From positions 124,001-150,088 of the forward strand of contig JBFLGF010000012.1 of NCBI GenBank assembly GCA_050230475.1: a stretch of 26,088 bases of DNA, given 5' to 3'. Of this stretch, positions 1 to 11,600 are shown one piece after another. The stretch is from Ancylonema sp. (taxonomy: Eukaryota). A program made the position numbers and the translations under genes. The notes below the pieces were generated by a model. It saw only the letters and a program-made list of their open reading frames with translations, was not told the DNA's origin and made no database searches. Within the stretch, counting starts at the first letter, position 1; each line of letters starts with the position of its first letter.

Positions 1-201
1 TCCTCGTTTACCCAGCTCGAAACCCCAATTTAAAATGACACCAGAATGGGCATAGAGTGGCCAATCTGCAGTCCGGACGAAGTTGAAGTTGTTTTGGATT
101 CGGGGCCTAATGCTAGTCAATATGTTCATGACGACCTGAAAGCAGTGGCAACGCTAAACGAAGGGTTAGCTCCATAGTATAGGGACTAACCGTGTCATAT
201 G

Positions 202-724
202 TCGGGTTGTGAATATAACATAATTTCCGATCCGGGTGTAAGAATTATTGTAAATTTTACGCAATTCCTATAAAACGCATTAAACATAAAAATCGCAGAT
301 CGAGCTCAAAATGAGGAAAAATTTAAATTTACGCAAGCGTGAGGCGTAATTACGTAACATTTACAAAGGCGCACACCACAAAAGATAGGCAAAATTTGTG
401 GCGCCCGGCGGCAAAAATCGAACTTCACTATCAAAAGCGACATACATACGTAAATCTGCTACGCAATGTCCAAACTTACTCAACGTGCACGTACAAAACA
501 ATATACAACATGATTGTGTGCATTTTTTTATTTTTTTTTCGATAGATGTACACAAATAGTTGATGAATCTTACTTAATTACTGAAATCAGCGATTTCGGC
601 CACGGTAATACATAATAGAGGTTTTTGCGCAATTTGTAAAATTTTCGTACATTTTGCGTAATTATGGCGAAAATTGCGCTATTATAATATCAATCGTAAT
701 GTAAATGTACCGTTCACAACCCTA
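202..724. mobile_element. Non-autonomous hAT-type DNA transposon (MITE-like), 523 bp
   Basis: Left end TCGGGTTGTGAA (202-213) and right end TTCACAACCCTA (713-724, reverse complement TAGGGTTGTGAA) form a 12-bp inverted repeat with 11/12 match. Flanks GTCATATG (194-201) and GTCATATC (725-732) form an 8-bp direct repeat with 7/8 match. The interior is AT-rich with recurring TTACG/CGTAA motifs and no transposase. An 8-bp TSD with TAGGG-starting TIRs is typical of hAT elements. Confidence 0.75.
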
Positions 725-1444
725 GTCATATCCCCAAAAAGCTAAATTAATGATTACATGCGTACCAACAACCGTGCAGTAAATCTGTGGCAGCATGTAT
801 CTGGCAGGAATGGTACACGAATATCACCAACCATAATGTGCGATCTGGCACCGAGTAAAATCCGGTCTGGGTCGGTCGTAGACCTAGAGTCGGGTTTTCA
901 CTTCTTACCAGTTCGGGAGCTAGACATACTTCATAGAAAATGCAAACTAAAATTTTCAACTTGGACGCGCGGTGATATTTCGGGCTGTAAGTTTTCAATC
1001 CTGCTAGAAGCTATGAGTCATGATTTCATGAGGTCTACATCTGAATGGCATTGCAAGTCTCTGTGTGCGATAAACATCGCACAATCTCTATAATAAACTC
1101 GACCCCGATCAAGCACCTCTAGGTCCGGATCGATCCTAGGCCTGGATCCTCGTCCCAGCTTGCACCCCAGTCCCTGGTCCGTGCAATCATGTTACCAGCA
1201 ATCCCAAGCATTCTTATCATAGCAGTCACTCACTTCATGAGAGACACCATTTGTCACGATGCACACATGCCACCACACTCACCACAGTATTGGAAAAAGA
1301 AGAAGAATTTTCGAATAAAAAAGAAGCACTGCAGAGAGTCTTGCCCAAGAACCCTCGAAAATGCTTCCCCGCTTATCCTTTGTATGACCCCAATCCACTC
1401 ACCAATCACATATGTTACTTGTTTGCCCTGAAAAAATCAGCCAC

Positions 1445-3775
1445 CTATCGAAACCCTGACTGCAGAGAATTTGGAACCGGAAATAAATCCTTCCCAGCAA
1501 AGGGAGAGGTCCATTCTTGAGTTGCTGACTCCTGCTTCAGTACCTCCGACCCCGACCCGTACTGTGGCGTCGACTTCCAATCTACAGCAGCCCCTCCCTC
1601 CCCTCCTCCCCAAAGATTGTACTCCCGTTCAGAGCTACTTTCGGGAGCGGCCCCTGGGCCTGCCTCTCCGCCATGCCCTATGCCAAGACTCCCCATTGTC
1701 CTCCACAGACCCACTGGAGCTTCAGCTTTGGACACACTCCAATCCACAGACTGCAGGCTTGCACTGCCCGCTGGCCTCATACTCCAGTCCACCGAGGAGA
1801 TGGCCTTACTGGTGCTTGAGCTCCCCCCCCAACCTTCCAGCAGCCCGTCGGATGGTGTGAGCGTAGCTGGGAACCCATTCCTAGCCTGCACCTGCAATGC
1901 TGCGTCTGCCATCCCCAACTGCTCCCCCCCCCCTGACCCCACTGCTGGAGGCCACAATCTCCCAGACGCTGACCTCTGCTGCTCCTGCTGCAACAGGGGC
2001 TGCTGGACCATCTGAGCTGCAGCAGTAGGTACTTGAGCATGCTGCCCAGGTCGCAGAGCATAGTGCTGCTGCTGAGAGTATGGGGCAGCCGAGAGAGCGC
2101 CCTTCCAGAAGGGATCTGCCCTGAACCCTGGGCCGGCAAGCAGACCGTCTGCAGGGCTCCCAGGCGCCACGTGTCCGTTGTGCCCGATCCAGCCAGGGGA
2201 GGTGGCGAGAGTAGCTGACTGCTGTGGCTGATGGGCCAAGAGAGGCCTCCCCATAGCTGCAGACGGTCTCTGGGGGCTAAGAGAGGGGGCAGCTGCAGGG
2301 GCAAGAGATTGGTGGCGGCCCGCCATCGGCATGGTACTTCGAACGGGCTGTGGTGCTCTGGGGTCCACACCTACCCTCCCTACTTGTTGATAGGTCACCC
2401 CGTTAGCATAAGGGAGCTTCTGTAGAGGGGTTCCACCGGAGGCAGGCATCCGGAATCCTGAGGCAGGCAACGCCGGGACCCCTCCGTTCGAGTACTGGTA
2501 TGCGGCTCTGCTACTGGAGACCGTCGCATCTGGTTGTTGAGGTGGGAGGTATCTGGGTTGACCTGGCATCTGTGGTAAGGCCCCCGGTACCTGCGGCCAC
2601 CTCCCATGTGCCCCATTCCCTTGCCGCTCCTCCTTCCTCAAAACATGCATTGCTTGGGTCAAAGCTCCAGTCCCTCTCGGGTTTCCAGGCTGCTGAGCAT
2701 GCGTGATGCCGTTGGGTCGAATTGGGGAGCTTGGGGAGAACCCTGGGCGTGGGCTCATCGAGTGGTAGGCGCTGTGATTGCTAGCTGTTAGAAAGTGATT
2801 GGTGGGATCGTGCCTCCCGTGGAAGTGGGCACTTCCTGCAGGACTGGATCCGAGACTCAAGCCTGGGCTGGCTGGAGCACTTGAATCAGGGGAGCATGTA
2901 TCTGGAGGGGTTGTGGGAAGACTTTGCTTTGCCCTCAACGACGTCAGGGCTCTGTCCAGATCACCTTCCGCTCCCACTACCGCTCTTTCAATATCTGGAC
3001 GGGAATACCCATATCTACTCTCCATGTCTACCAGCACGGCTAACTCGTCGCTAATGTCAAGCTTCAGGTTCACCGCTGCTCTGCCACCCTGTCGTTCCCC
3101 ACCGTCACCTCCCTCTATAAGCCATGTCACAGACCTCTCGAGGCCCCCATCATTACTCACAAGGGCAGCTATTGATTGATCTTTTGTAAACCCCATCCCC
3201 ACCAATTGGCCAGCCAGCTTCTCTAGTTTCCGTGAGTTTAGATACTGCACACACTTATCATTCAGCTCCTGCAACTTCCTTTCCTTAGCACGCTGGTGTT
3301 TCTTCTCATTTTTCGCCTTCATCTTGGCACCTCTGGCTGCCCCACTAGCTCCAGATGGATCTTTACCCTGTCCTCCACCTGAAGCTCCCCCAGCTGCCTG
3401 TCCTTCCACCCCTCCACCCATCGCCCTCTCCTTCTGCTGATCTTCTGATTCCTCTGAGCAGCTCCCATTGTTTGACATGGTGTCCAACTCTGGCACCACA
3501 GCACTGCTCTCCTCGCCCTCTGCAAACGACTTGTACCTCCCATTCTGTGGCAGCGGTGCACTCTCCGTTGCTGCTGCACCAGGGTCCAGGCTGTGAAACG
3601 TTCCAGATATAGGATTGTATGCACTCGAAGGTACATTTGAGCTCCCTGCAGCTGCTGGGGCATGCTTCCCTGCAGCTTTCCATGTCTCCTTCCCACCTGT
3701 TCCTCCTTTGTCCATCCCTCCCTTTGGTACAGTCCCAGGCCCTCGAGGCTTTCCTGTTGATTGAGGGGTAGCCAT
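1445..3775 (-). CDS. Plant UBA-domain protein (ubiquitin-associated/EF1B-type family), single coding exon, about 776 aa
   Basis: ORF 1445-3868 contains blocks I recognise from this plant family: SAYNPISGTFHSL, SNNGSCSEESED, KNEKKHQRAKERKLQEL...YLNSRKLEKLAGQLVGMGF (UBA with MGF loop), LKLDISDELA, a second UBA-like segment (SRPDIERAVVGAEGDLDRAL), and C-terminal EWTSPFAGKDLF. The start is placed at M32 (3775) because a CTGCAG acceptor-like site ends at 3789 just upstream, implying a 5'UTR intron. ATG at 3868 is the alternative start. Confidence 0.8.
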   Translation of the reverse strand: MATPQSTGKPRGPGTVPKGGMDKGGTGGKETWKAAGKHAPAAAGSSNVPSSAYNPISGTFHSLDPGAAATESAPLPQNGRYKSFAEGEESSAVVPELDTMSNNGSCSEESEDQQKERAMGGGVEGQAAGGASGGGQGKDPSGASGAARGAKMKAKNEKKHQRAKERKLQELNDKCVQYLNSRKLEKLAGQLVGMGFTKDQSIAALVSNDGGLERSVTWLIEGGDGGERQGGRAAVNLKLDISDELAVLVDMESRYGYSRPDIERAVVGAEGDLDRALTSLRAKQSLPTTPPDTCSPDSSAPASPGLSLGSSPAGSAHFHGRHDPTNHFLTASNHSAYHSMSPRPGFSPSSPIRPNGITHAQQPGNPRGTGALTQAMHVLRKEERQGNGAHGRWPQVPGALPQMPGQPRYLPPQQPDATVSSSRAAYQYSNGGVPALPASGFRMPASGGTPLQKLPYANGVTYQQVGRVGVDPRAPQPVRSTMPMAGRHQSLAPAAAPSLSPQRPSAAMGRPLLAHQPQQSATLATSPGWIGHNGHVAPGSPADGLLAGPGFRADPFWKGALSAAPYSQQQHYALRPGQHAQVPTAAAQMVQQPLLQQEQQRSASGRLWPPAVGSGGGEQLGMADAALQVQARNGFPATLTPSDGLLEGWGGSSSTSKAISSVDWSMRPAGSASLQSVDWSVSKAEAPVGLWRTMGSLGIGHGGEAGPGAAPESSSEREYNLWGGGEGGAAVDWKSTPQYGSGSEVLKQESATQEWTSPFAGKDLFPVPNSLQSGFR

Positions 3776-5611
3776 TCTTCCCTCCCACCTGCAGCAGATG
3801 TTGCTCTTGATGAGAATTTGTGACGAAACTGCTTCCTGCCGGCGAAGCCTTCTATGAGCCACAGACATGGAATCTCAATTTTAACCTGCTCCCTTTAATG
3901 CCTTTCAACTCGGAACACTAAGGGGTAGGTAGAGCGTTAGGTCAGGCATACTTCCATACCTCTGCAAGCGCCGTCAATGTATCCAGCTCGAAGCACTCGA
4001 GAATCTGCAAAGGAAGTATGGAGGAGGGGATGGTCCCGGTTAGAGTCTGTGACTGCATTCCTTACTGAAATCTGACTTTGACAGCGAAAGCCAGGGAATA
4101 TCATGGACACGGTCAAGTCGGTAGGATTCCCATAGGTTCAAAATCTGCAAATGTGAGCTCATAGATGTGGAATTTCGGCAATTAAGAGAGAATCTGGTTC
4201 AGCAGAAACAGATCCTGTCGTTTCGTTCCACCATGACAAAAAGGCTGCCGAATTCTTGATGAATGTTGGAGCGAAAGGTGTTATATTATATTCTACTTGC
4301 AGGAAGATTCATTTGAGCCTCATGGTAAATCTTGTAAGAATAAAAACTTTCATAAACGAATTGCAAGGACGGCGACACAAAAGAGCCGAATCCTTCCTTC
4401 TGGCAGATAAAACACAACAGAAGCAGTAGATCTGAACCCGACAAAAAATTCATCCCCTCTCTCTACAGACCGGGTTCATGGCCAGCATCAGCAAGATGTA
4501 AACATGATTGGTCGACGAAACATCTGCTTTCAACAAGCACTCTCAAAATAGCGAAAACCTCCTACAATAGACCACAAGACACCAGAAAGGGCGTTACGAC
4601 GCCCAGAAGCAACGTCACCAGTGTGTATCCATAATTAAACACTCTTTGGGCAGACAGGAAAGATGCGTGGCCAGCCCCTAGTAACATCCTCACAACTGCA
4701 ACATTCGAGTACATGCCACGTCGTATGCCTTACACTGAGCAGTTGAAATTAATCTACCACCGCTCAAGTCGTGTGCTATGATCCCTCGTCAAGGATGATG
4801 ACGTTCCTCTGCCGGACTCGAATAATCGTGTTCGAAGAGGATGCACTGGCTCTCGGGTTCTGTCAGTCCCTGGCTGGACTGACTGGAGAGGACCATCGCA
4901 TGCCGTGGGTTCCCCGGGAATGGTCTCAAGCCAGGTTCTGATTCGTCAATATTTCTGGACAAAACCTAGAATTTTTAGGATATGTAATTTTCTATACATT
5001 CACGTTCTTGTAATGAGATGGGGTTCCCGTCGTTTTTCAATAATATACAATTCTCTATAATTAGTTTTCCTATAGTTGAGAGAATTGTGTATTGTTCTCC
5101 TATAATTGGATCCCGGTATGAATGTGCACCGAGGGTCATGATGAATTCTGTCTGCACAGATCTTCAGAATTCCCTAATAAATTATATTTTGTTATAACGA
5201 GTTGCCCATCAGATCCCTCATATAAACAATCCAGTTTCCTGATTTCTTGGTTTCCCAGAGAGGCCTGCACGAACTGAACCCCATCGAGAATCCCGCGCTA
5301 TTTTTTCAAAATACCGAGTTGCCAAATTGATGTTGAAAATGTCTTTGATGCCCTCGATTGTTCAAATTGGCTCATGCAAGGGCTCGAAGGTGAAGCTCAC
5401 CTCAGGATGTGGCTACGAGTCTTCCCCCGCGATTGGAGGCAGTGCTAAGCGATGCCAAGTTGCAGTCATCTTTCTTCTGTTGTAGGTCTGATACATACAT
5501 ATCTGCCTTTAAGTCGTCTGGGGGCTGTGTCTGCCCGTTCTAAACTGCTGTCGAGCTGCGGGAAATGCATACAATATACGCCTGCGAAAACAGCAGTCTT
5601 GTAACATTCAG

Positions 5612-8600
5612 ATGGCCGGCCGGCATGGGACATGTGCTGGCACTGTATCTAGCCTCCTCCAAACCTTGTTCGGAAAGGAGGGGACGCAGACAGGCGATAC
5701 AACAAACAGGACGCCTGATGCTCAGGCTGCGCGCCTCAAAGATGCTCTCCCAGACATTTTGGAGACGTATATTGTAACCGATCCAGGTAATGCAAGGAAA
5801 TTTCGGGCCCGACAAAAATTTCACACGTTGAATGCATGTAGAGAAACGCAGTAGCTTGTAGCATCAGCACAAATGTTTAATTTCCGTGTTTTCTGTATTT
5901 TGCACACATGAAAACTTCACCTGTTCCAAGTTCAAGATGCGGCGAACCAATGCCCTCGTATTCTCCTTCGCAGGGCAGGACCAGCAACTGGAGCTTGTGT
6001 CCGTTCTCAGACTGCTTACGCACACTTGCAAGAAATTACCGGGTGTCTTTGGGCATGGAAAAGGGAATGCCATTCTTCCAGTCATTGGTCGCCTTATTCC
6101 TTTGTTTGCATCTCCGATTTTCAGGTATGATTACGATTCTTCGAAAGATAATACCATTGCATTCTTAGAAGTTTGTCACGAGAAAGTTGTGCTAGAAGTC
6201 TATGAAGGGCCAGTCTAACCATGGGGTCACACACCAGAAGATTAAGATATTTAAGTGCTGTTATTCTGAACAGAGGAAAAGGCACAAGCCTGTTGGACGC
6301 GTTCAGTGCCCTCCTCAGCCTCGTGCAATCGGCTGACATCGCTGCGTACATCCAGGTCATCAATGACACGGTCCATCTTCTGGAAGGTGTGGAAAAGCAG
6401 TGACTTGCTGACCCTCTCCTCTGGAAGCCTTATTCTGTTTGAAGAGGATGTTAGACGGAAAACCTCCCTTTTTTCTGAAATAGTATACAACATCCTTCTT
6501 CACGCGTCCTGTAACCTCACTCGTTTGTACTCCTCTTTCCAGATGTCCTCTCGCTGGCATCGTTCTTCTCGTCATCAAGCAGCTTCACACTGAGCACCAC
6601 AGTTTCTCTACAAGTTTTCAGTGGAGCGTTTGAGTATGCATCAAAGTTGCCTAGGGAGGAGGATCGGATGACAGCTCCTCAGTTCTGGGTGAATGGAATA
6701 ACAGTCAATCTTTCTGGAAGCCACCAAGTGTTGCCTTTCGCCGAATGGGCGATTTGGCTGCTTGGCCACATCTTGGAAAAAGGGGACCATTTTGTTGCTG
6801 GGATGATTCCACAGTCCACACTGGTCTCTCTCGGTCAATTGATGGTATTGGGCGACAGTCAACTTCATAAGGTGACCTTTTAAAGGACTGTGTGCTCCAC
6901 GAATACTTTACGAGATCTAAGATTCTCTCTCTGATAGCTTAATTCCGTAGTTGACATCCCGAATGCTGTTGTCTAGCTGCAACAGGTCATTATGTTCCTC
7001 CAGGAGATTGCAAGTATCATCAACTTCTAGTCCACTCCACTGGTTGTGCCTTTCGTAAGCCCGTCAATTTGAATAAGATCCGTGTGGGCATTCTGACCTT
7101 TTTTGCGACTTTTTCAATAAATCACGATTTCTCAAAATTTTCCAGGCTTGCTTTCAAACTTTCAAAGTCGCATCGCTGGCCCTTCCTGCGGAAACGGTGC
7201 CAAAGGGAGACATAGTACTTTCTCTTCTATCCATCCTGTCGGCTTCAAGTAACAACTCAGAGCTACCTGCATTCAGGTGAAGTTGTTGGTTGTTTGTGTT
7301 TGAAGTTGCAGTCCTTGTAATTAGTTCAACTTGTTGTGCACACGTTTTGCAAGTGGAGCATGTCTCTTCTTCTCAATACAATTAGATTTAGCATCAATAC
7401 CTGGGTGTGCAGGTGTCTAGCCTATGATTCTGCTTTGGCGGCTTGCCTGGCAGCTGTAGTGTCAGGGGCGGACAGAAGTCTGTATGTCTACTCCGCTCAA
7501 GCCTTGCTTGAAGTCTTTCCACGTGCAATTGTGATGACAAAGTGCCAAGAGCTGAAGGTGAGAATTCCATATGCCTGACTTGTCTAAATGCTGAACCGCG
7601 TGCACAGGCTGACAGTCGAGGAACGGATGATGAGAAGATTCTGTTGTTTTTGGTGGCAGGTGACAGCAGGTGCTGCCTTTGCATCCCTGCTGCGCCATTG
7701 CCCGGAGCTCTCTCATCAGATTCATCGCGCTTTCTCCCTGCTTCACCTGCCTGAAATGAGCCTAATTCTCAGTCAGATGGTTCAAGACAATGTGGAGTCT
7801 CATTGCATCTTTCTGCAAGGTGCTGGACGCAACGCATTGCCTAACACAGCCCTCTCTCATGACACCAAAGAAACGGGAGTGGTTGGAAAAAGGTTGAGCC
7901 AAGAGATCGCAGATGACAAGGAAGCAGTGTCCGGGGTCGAGCAAGGGCAAAAATCGAAACGACGAAAGATAGTCGATTCAGGCCCAGGGAGCATGGGCAT
8001 GGCAGAACAGCTGAGCACGGGTATTGGTCTCAGAGGTGCAGCACCAGGAGAAAGCACAGCAGCACTTCCAGTCATCGAAGGACAGAACCATGCAGACCAA
8101 GCTCATGGATTGGATGAGACCATGTACATGAATATTCTTGAAACAATCCGAGGAGCAGCTCCAGATGCCATACCCGGTCGATACACTGAGGAAGGGGCTC
8201 TGACAGTACTTAGGGTCATGGCGAAAGCGTTTTCGAGGTTGCCAGGCACTGACTGCTGGCTTGCTGCGCTTGGCTGCTTAGAAAAGTGGATCACATACGG
8301 CGTTTCCAAGGTGAAGCAGCAAAACTTCATGTTTCTTTGGCTCAGGAAACTTCAGAAGCTGCTACATGACAAGTTGACTGTACTGTCCCTCGGAACATTC
8401 TAGAATAGCTGTTACTTCGCATTATCTCACCCCTGTTTCTCAGCTCGTCTCTACCACTGGCTGGCTGCTCTAATGGTTGCAGGCTCAACAAGCTGCCCTA
8501 TCCAATCCGCTGCTGGCATTAATTTTCGAAGCTATCGAAAAGATACTTCCTCCAAGTATGTCTGCAATAAGTAGTCCCATGAAATTTGGCGCAAGTTGGC

Positions 8601-11600
8601 ATGTTTTGTAGACTCTGTTGCTGGTCGTCATGGTTGCGTGAGTGATAGCACGAAATGGGAGTGGATATTAGCGGCAGGAGTGCTTCCATTTGACTCTATT
8701 GCGGCGGGTGTGACAGGAAAAGAGGAGACCAAGGCGTGGGTGGTGATGAGTTCAGCAACAGTGGGTTGGAATCCGGCAGAAGTGTTCGAGTTACTGCGGC
8801 TGCCCTGGGGGAGAACACTTGTGGCTGGCAGTGCGCCAGCAGACCCTCTGTTGAAGATGAAAGTGAGGGCGTTGAGACTGGCCTCCTGCCTGCAAGTCGG
8901 GGAAGCCGCAGACGCATTGGATGAAATACTCAACCTCGGATTGGCGGACCCGAACGCTCGAGTGAGAGCTGCAGCAGTCCAGGCTGTCACAAAGGTGGCA
9001 CCTGGTACAGAGGAGACGAAAATTCTGGAATACTGTCGCACCGTGAGGTACCTTGAGGCACCTGGTATGGAGCACAAGAAGATGAAGTTGCGATACAGCG
9101 CATGCTGTTCCAACATTGTACAAACAGTGGGGATGATTCGTTGGCCTCTTTTTTCCGAACAGCTACATGCGTGGTCAGAGATTGTGGCATGGAGTCAAGA
9201 GGCTGCCAGCAGCAGAGGTGAGAGCCATGAGTTATGGTGGCTTCTTGCCCCTGGGTTGCAGAACGCTGGCGACGGACAAAGACTCCACAGTCCTGGAAAG
9301 GGTGGCTGAATGCATAGGCGCCCTCGAGTGCTCAACCACCCCAGACTCGAGGCAAAGAAGCCCTTGTGAAGCCATGGGGCCGTTCAAAGCGAGGGATGCC
9401 TTCCCTTGCCTTGTCTGTTGCGAGGGACGGGGGAGGCACGACAAGCCTGGCAGGGGGAAGGAGGGCGGAGGAGGAGGACAGCTGTCGGGAGTCCCATGAT
9501 CGACATGGTCTCCTCTCCTGGAGCACCTGGTTTTGGACCACCAACAGTCCCTCCCCAAACTCCAGGGTCAGGTCATCAACAGTCTTCCCGAGTTGCTGCG
9601 CCACGGTCGTGTGGATGCGCTGAGCAGCAGGAGCGAATTGTGGTGGCAGTGTATGCAAGGGCTGCCTGTCCACCCCGAGAGGCCCGTGCGAGCAGCGTTC
9701 TGTGGCATTGCTGCTTCCTTCCTGTCCACCATCGCCTTCCGTGGTGTCTCTGTCACCACGCCACTGCTGTCATCTGTCACCCGCAGAGGGAGGAGTGACG
9801 TGGACATCGAGGCCCAGGGTCGGCAGACATCGATGCATCTTCTATCAAGTCTTGAGAAGCACCTGCATGCCTGCAACCAGGCATGTGTGGAGGCGGGAAA
9901 GAAAGGAGAGCACACCCACCATTGTGCAGAGATCGACAAGATGAAGGGACTCCTTGTAGCGATAAAAAGCATCGCCACCGCTGTTCCATGGATCCCCAGT
10001 GTCGAGCCTCGGTGCATATTGGAGCTTGTAAGTGGCAGCATGGCAGCATGGCAGCATGGCAGCATGGCAGCATTACAACAACAGCCTGGGGTCCAAATCA
10101 TTCATTTGCTCGAATGCTTGCGAAGGCCTGGATGAGGAGGCACTCAGGATGGTCTGTTACGCATTCCCTGCCTTGGGATCCCCCCGCAGATCGGCCAATT
10201 GGACAATGAGCACCGGGAAGTGAGGGTTGCCGCCGCCACTGCCCTGAAGCACGCAAGCAGAGGGGAGTGTGGTGCCGCACCAGAAAACGAAGAGAGGCAC
10301 GCCCGCCTCCTGTTCGAACGGTGGAAGCAGGAGATTGCGGACTACCTCTGTGACCGCCTGGTGACGCGCCCGAAAGTGGCAGAGGAGTTTGCTGCCTCTG
10401 TGCTCCGCTGGCCACTTCCCTCACTCATCCGGAACATCATCACAGAGGGGATGTCGAAACAAGTGCTGGCTGCAGCAGGAGCTGGAGTGGAGAACATTTG
10501 TGAAGACCGCCAGCGAGAGGTGAGACGCGTGCTCCACACCCTCGCTTGCTACTCAACTACTCAAAGACCTCGTTGGATCTCCGAACCTTGAACAACACTG
10601 AACTGAATGGCATGAAGCTCAATGAGTGACTCCAACATTCCCTTTTGTGACGCCACAACAGCGTGTGTAGTATACAGCAGGTTGCCGTGCATGTCGTGGA
10701 GAAGGGAAGCATGATAGGGAAGCATCCTATTTGCTACCAGATGTAAGACGGGCAACCTTTTCGCAACCTTCTTCCTGCAATCCAGCTTCTTCTCCTCTTC
10801 CCCTCTTGCCCCAGCAGGCCATGGCAGTGCTCGGCTGTCTGGCGACGTGGAAGGAATGCTCTGTGGAGGTTCTGCTGACTGAGGAGAGCTACATGCCTCT
10901 AGCGGAGGCTCTATTGAAGAAGGACCCCAGAGTGCTGGAGGTGGTGGAGGAGTTCTATGTGCAGGCGGCTAACCAGAGCAAACGAACAATCCTGTCGAAT
11001 TCGCAAAGGGGAATCGTGAAGGCTCTGGTGCTTCACATGGATAAGGACACGGAAGCTGATAAGGAGAGGTGGGGACTGGCATGGTTCGCATGTATGGACT
11101 TTATGAAATAACGAGTGTGGTCCCTCGGCACGTGGGGGCTCAGTGCTCATCCTCGACACCTCTCATAGAATGTGTGTGCAGTGACCTCATGTGTTAACCG
11201 AAAACTCTCTTTGGGAGAGAGTGGAGGTGAATGAACTGAGTTTTGCGCACCTCCCGGCAGGTCTGCCATGGTGGTGCCTGCGCTGCAACGCCTGGCTAAA
11301 CTGTGCACTGGTTCCAACAACCTTCCTGACTTTTTGAAGACCCACTTCCCTGAGGTCCTGTACTACATGGGCGTCATGCTAGCGGAGACGGATCCCTTCC
11401 GGAGGGAGAGAACGCTGAGGGTGGTTGGGCGGATGATGGAGCTGATCGGGCCACACATCGGCGCATTCGTTCCAAACATCATGGTCATCCTGGCTAACGG
11501 TGCCAGAAATTCGGAGCATGTGGGTCAGGCTCTGGCCAATCTACTGGCGTTTGTGAAGACTCTGGCCAAAAGGGCACCAAATCAGTTGCAATCTGTGGCA

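Noticed and set aside
855..1150. Partial inverted similarity (GACCTAGAG...CTCTAGGTC) suggesting a second small element
   Set aside because: The match is short and gapped, with no definable termini or TSD.
339..1431. Short ORFs in and next to the MITE
   Set aside because: No protein motifs, and composition fits non-coding or 3'UTR sequence.
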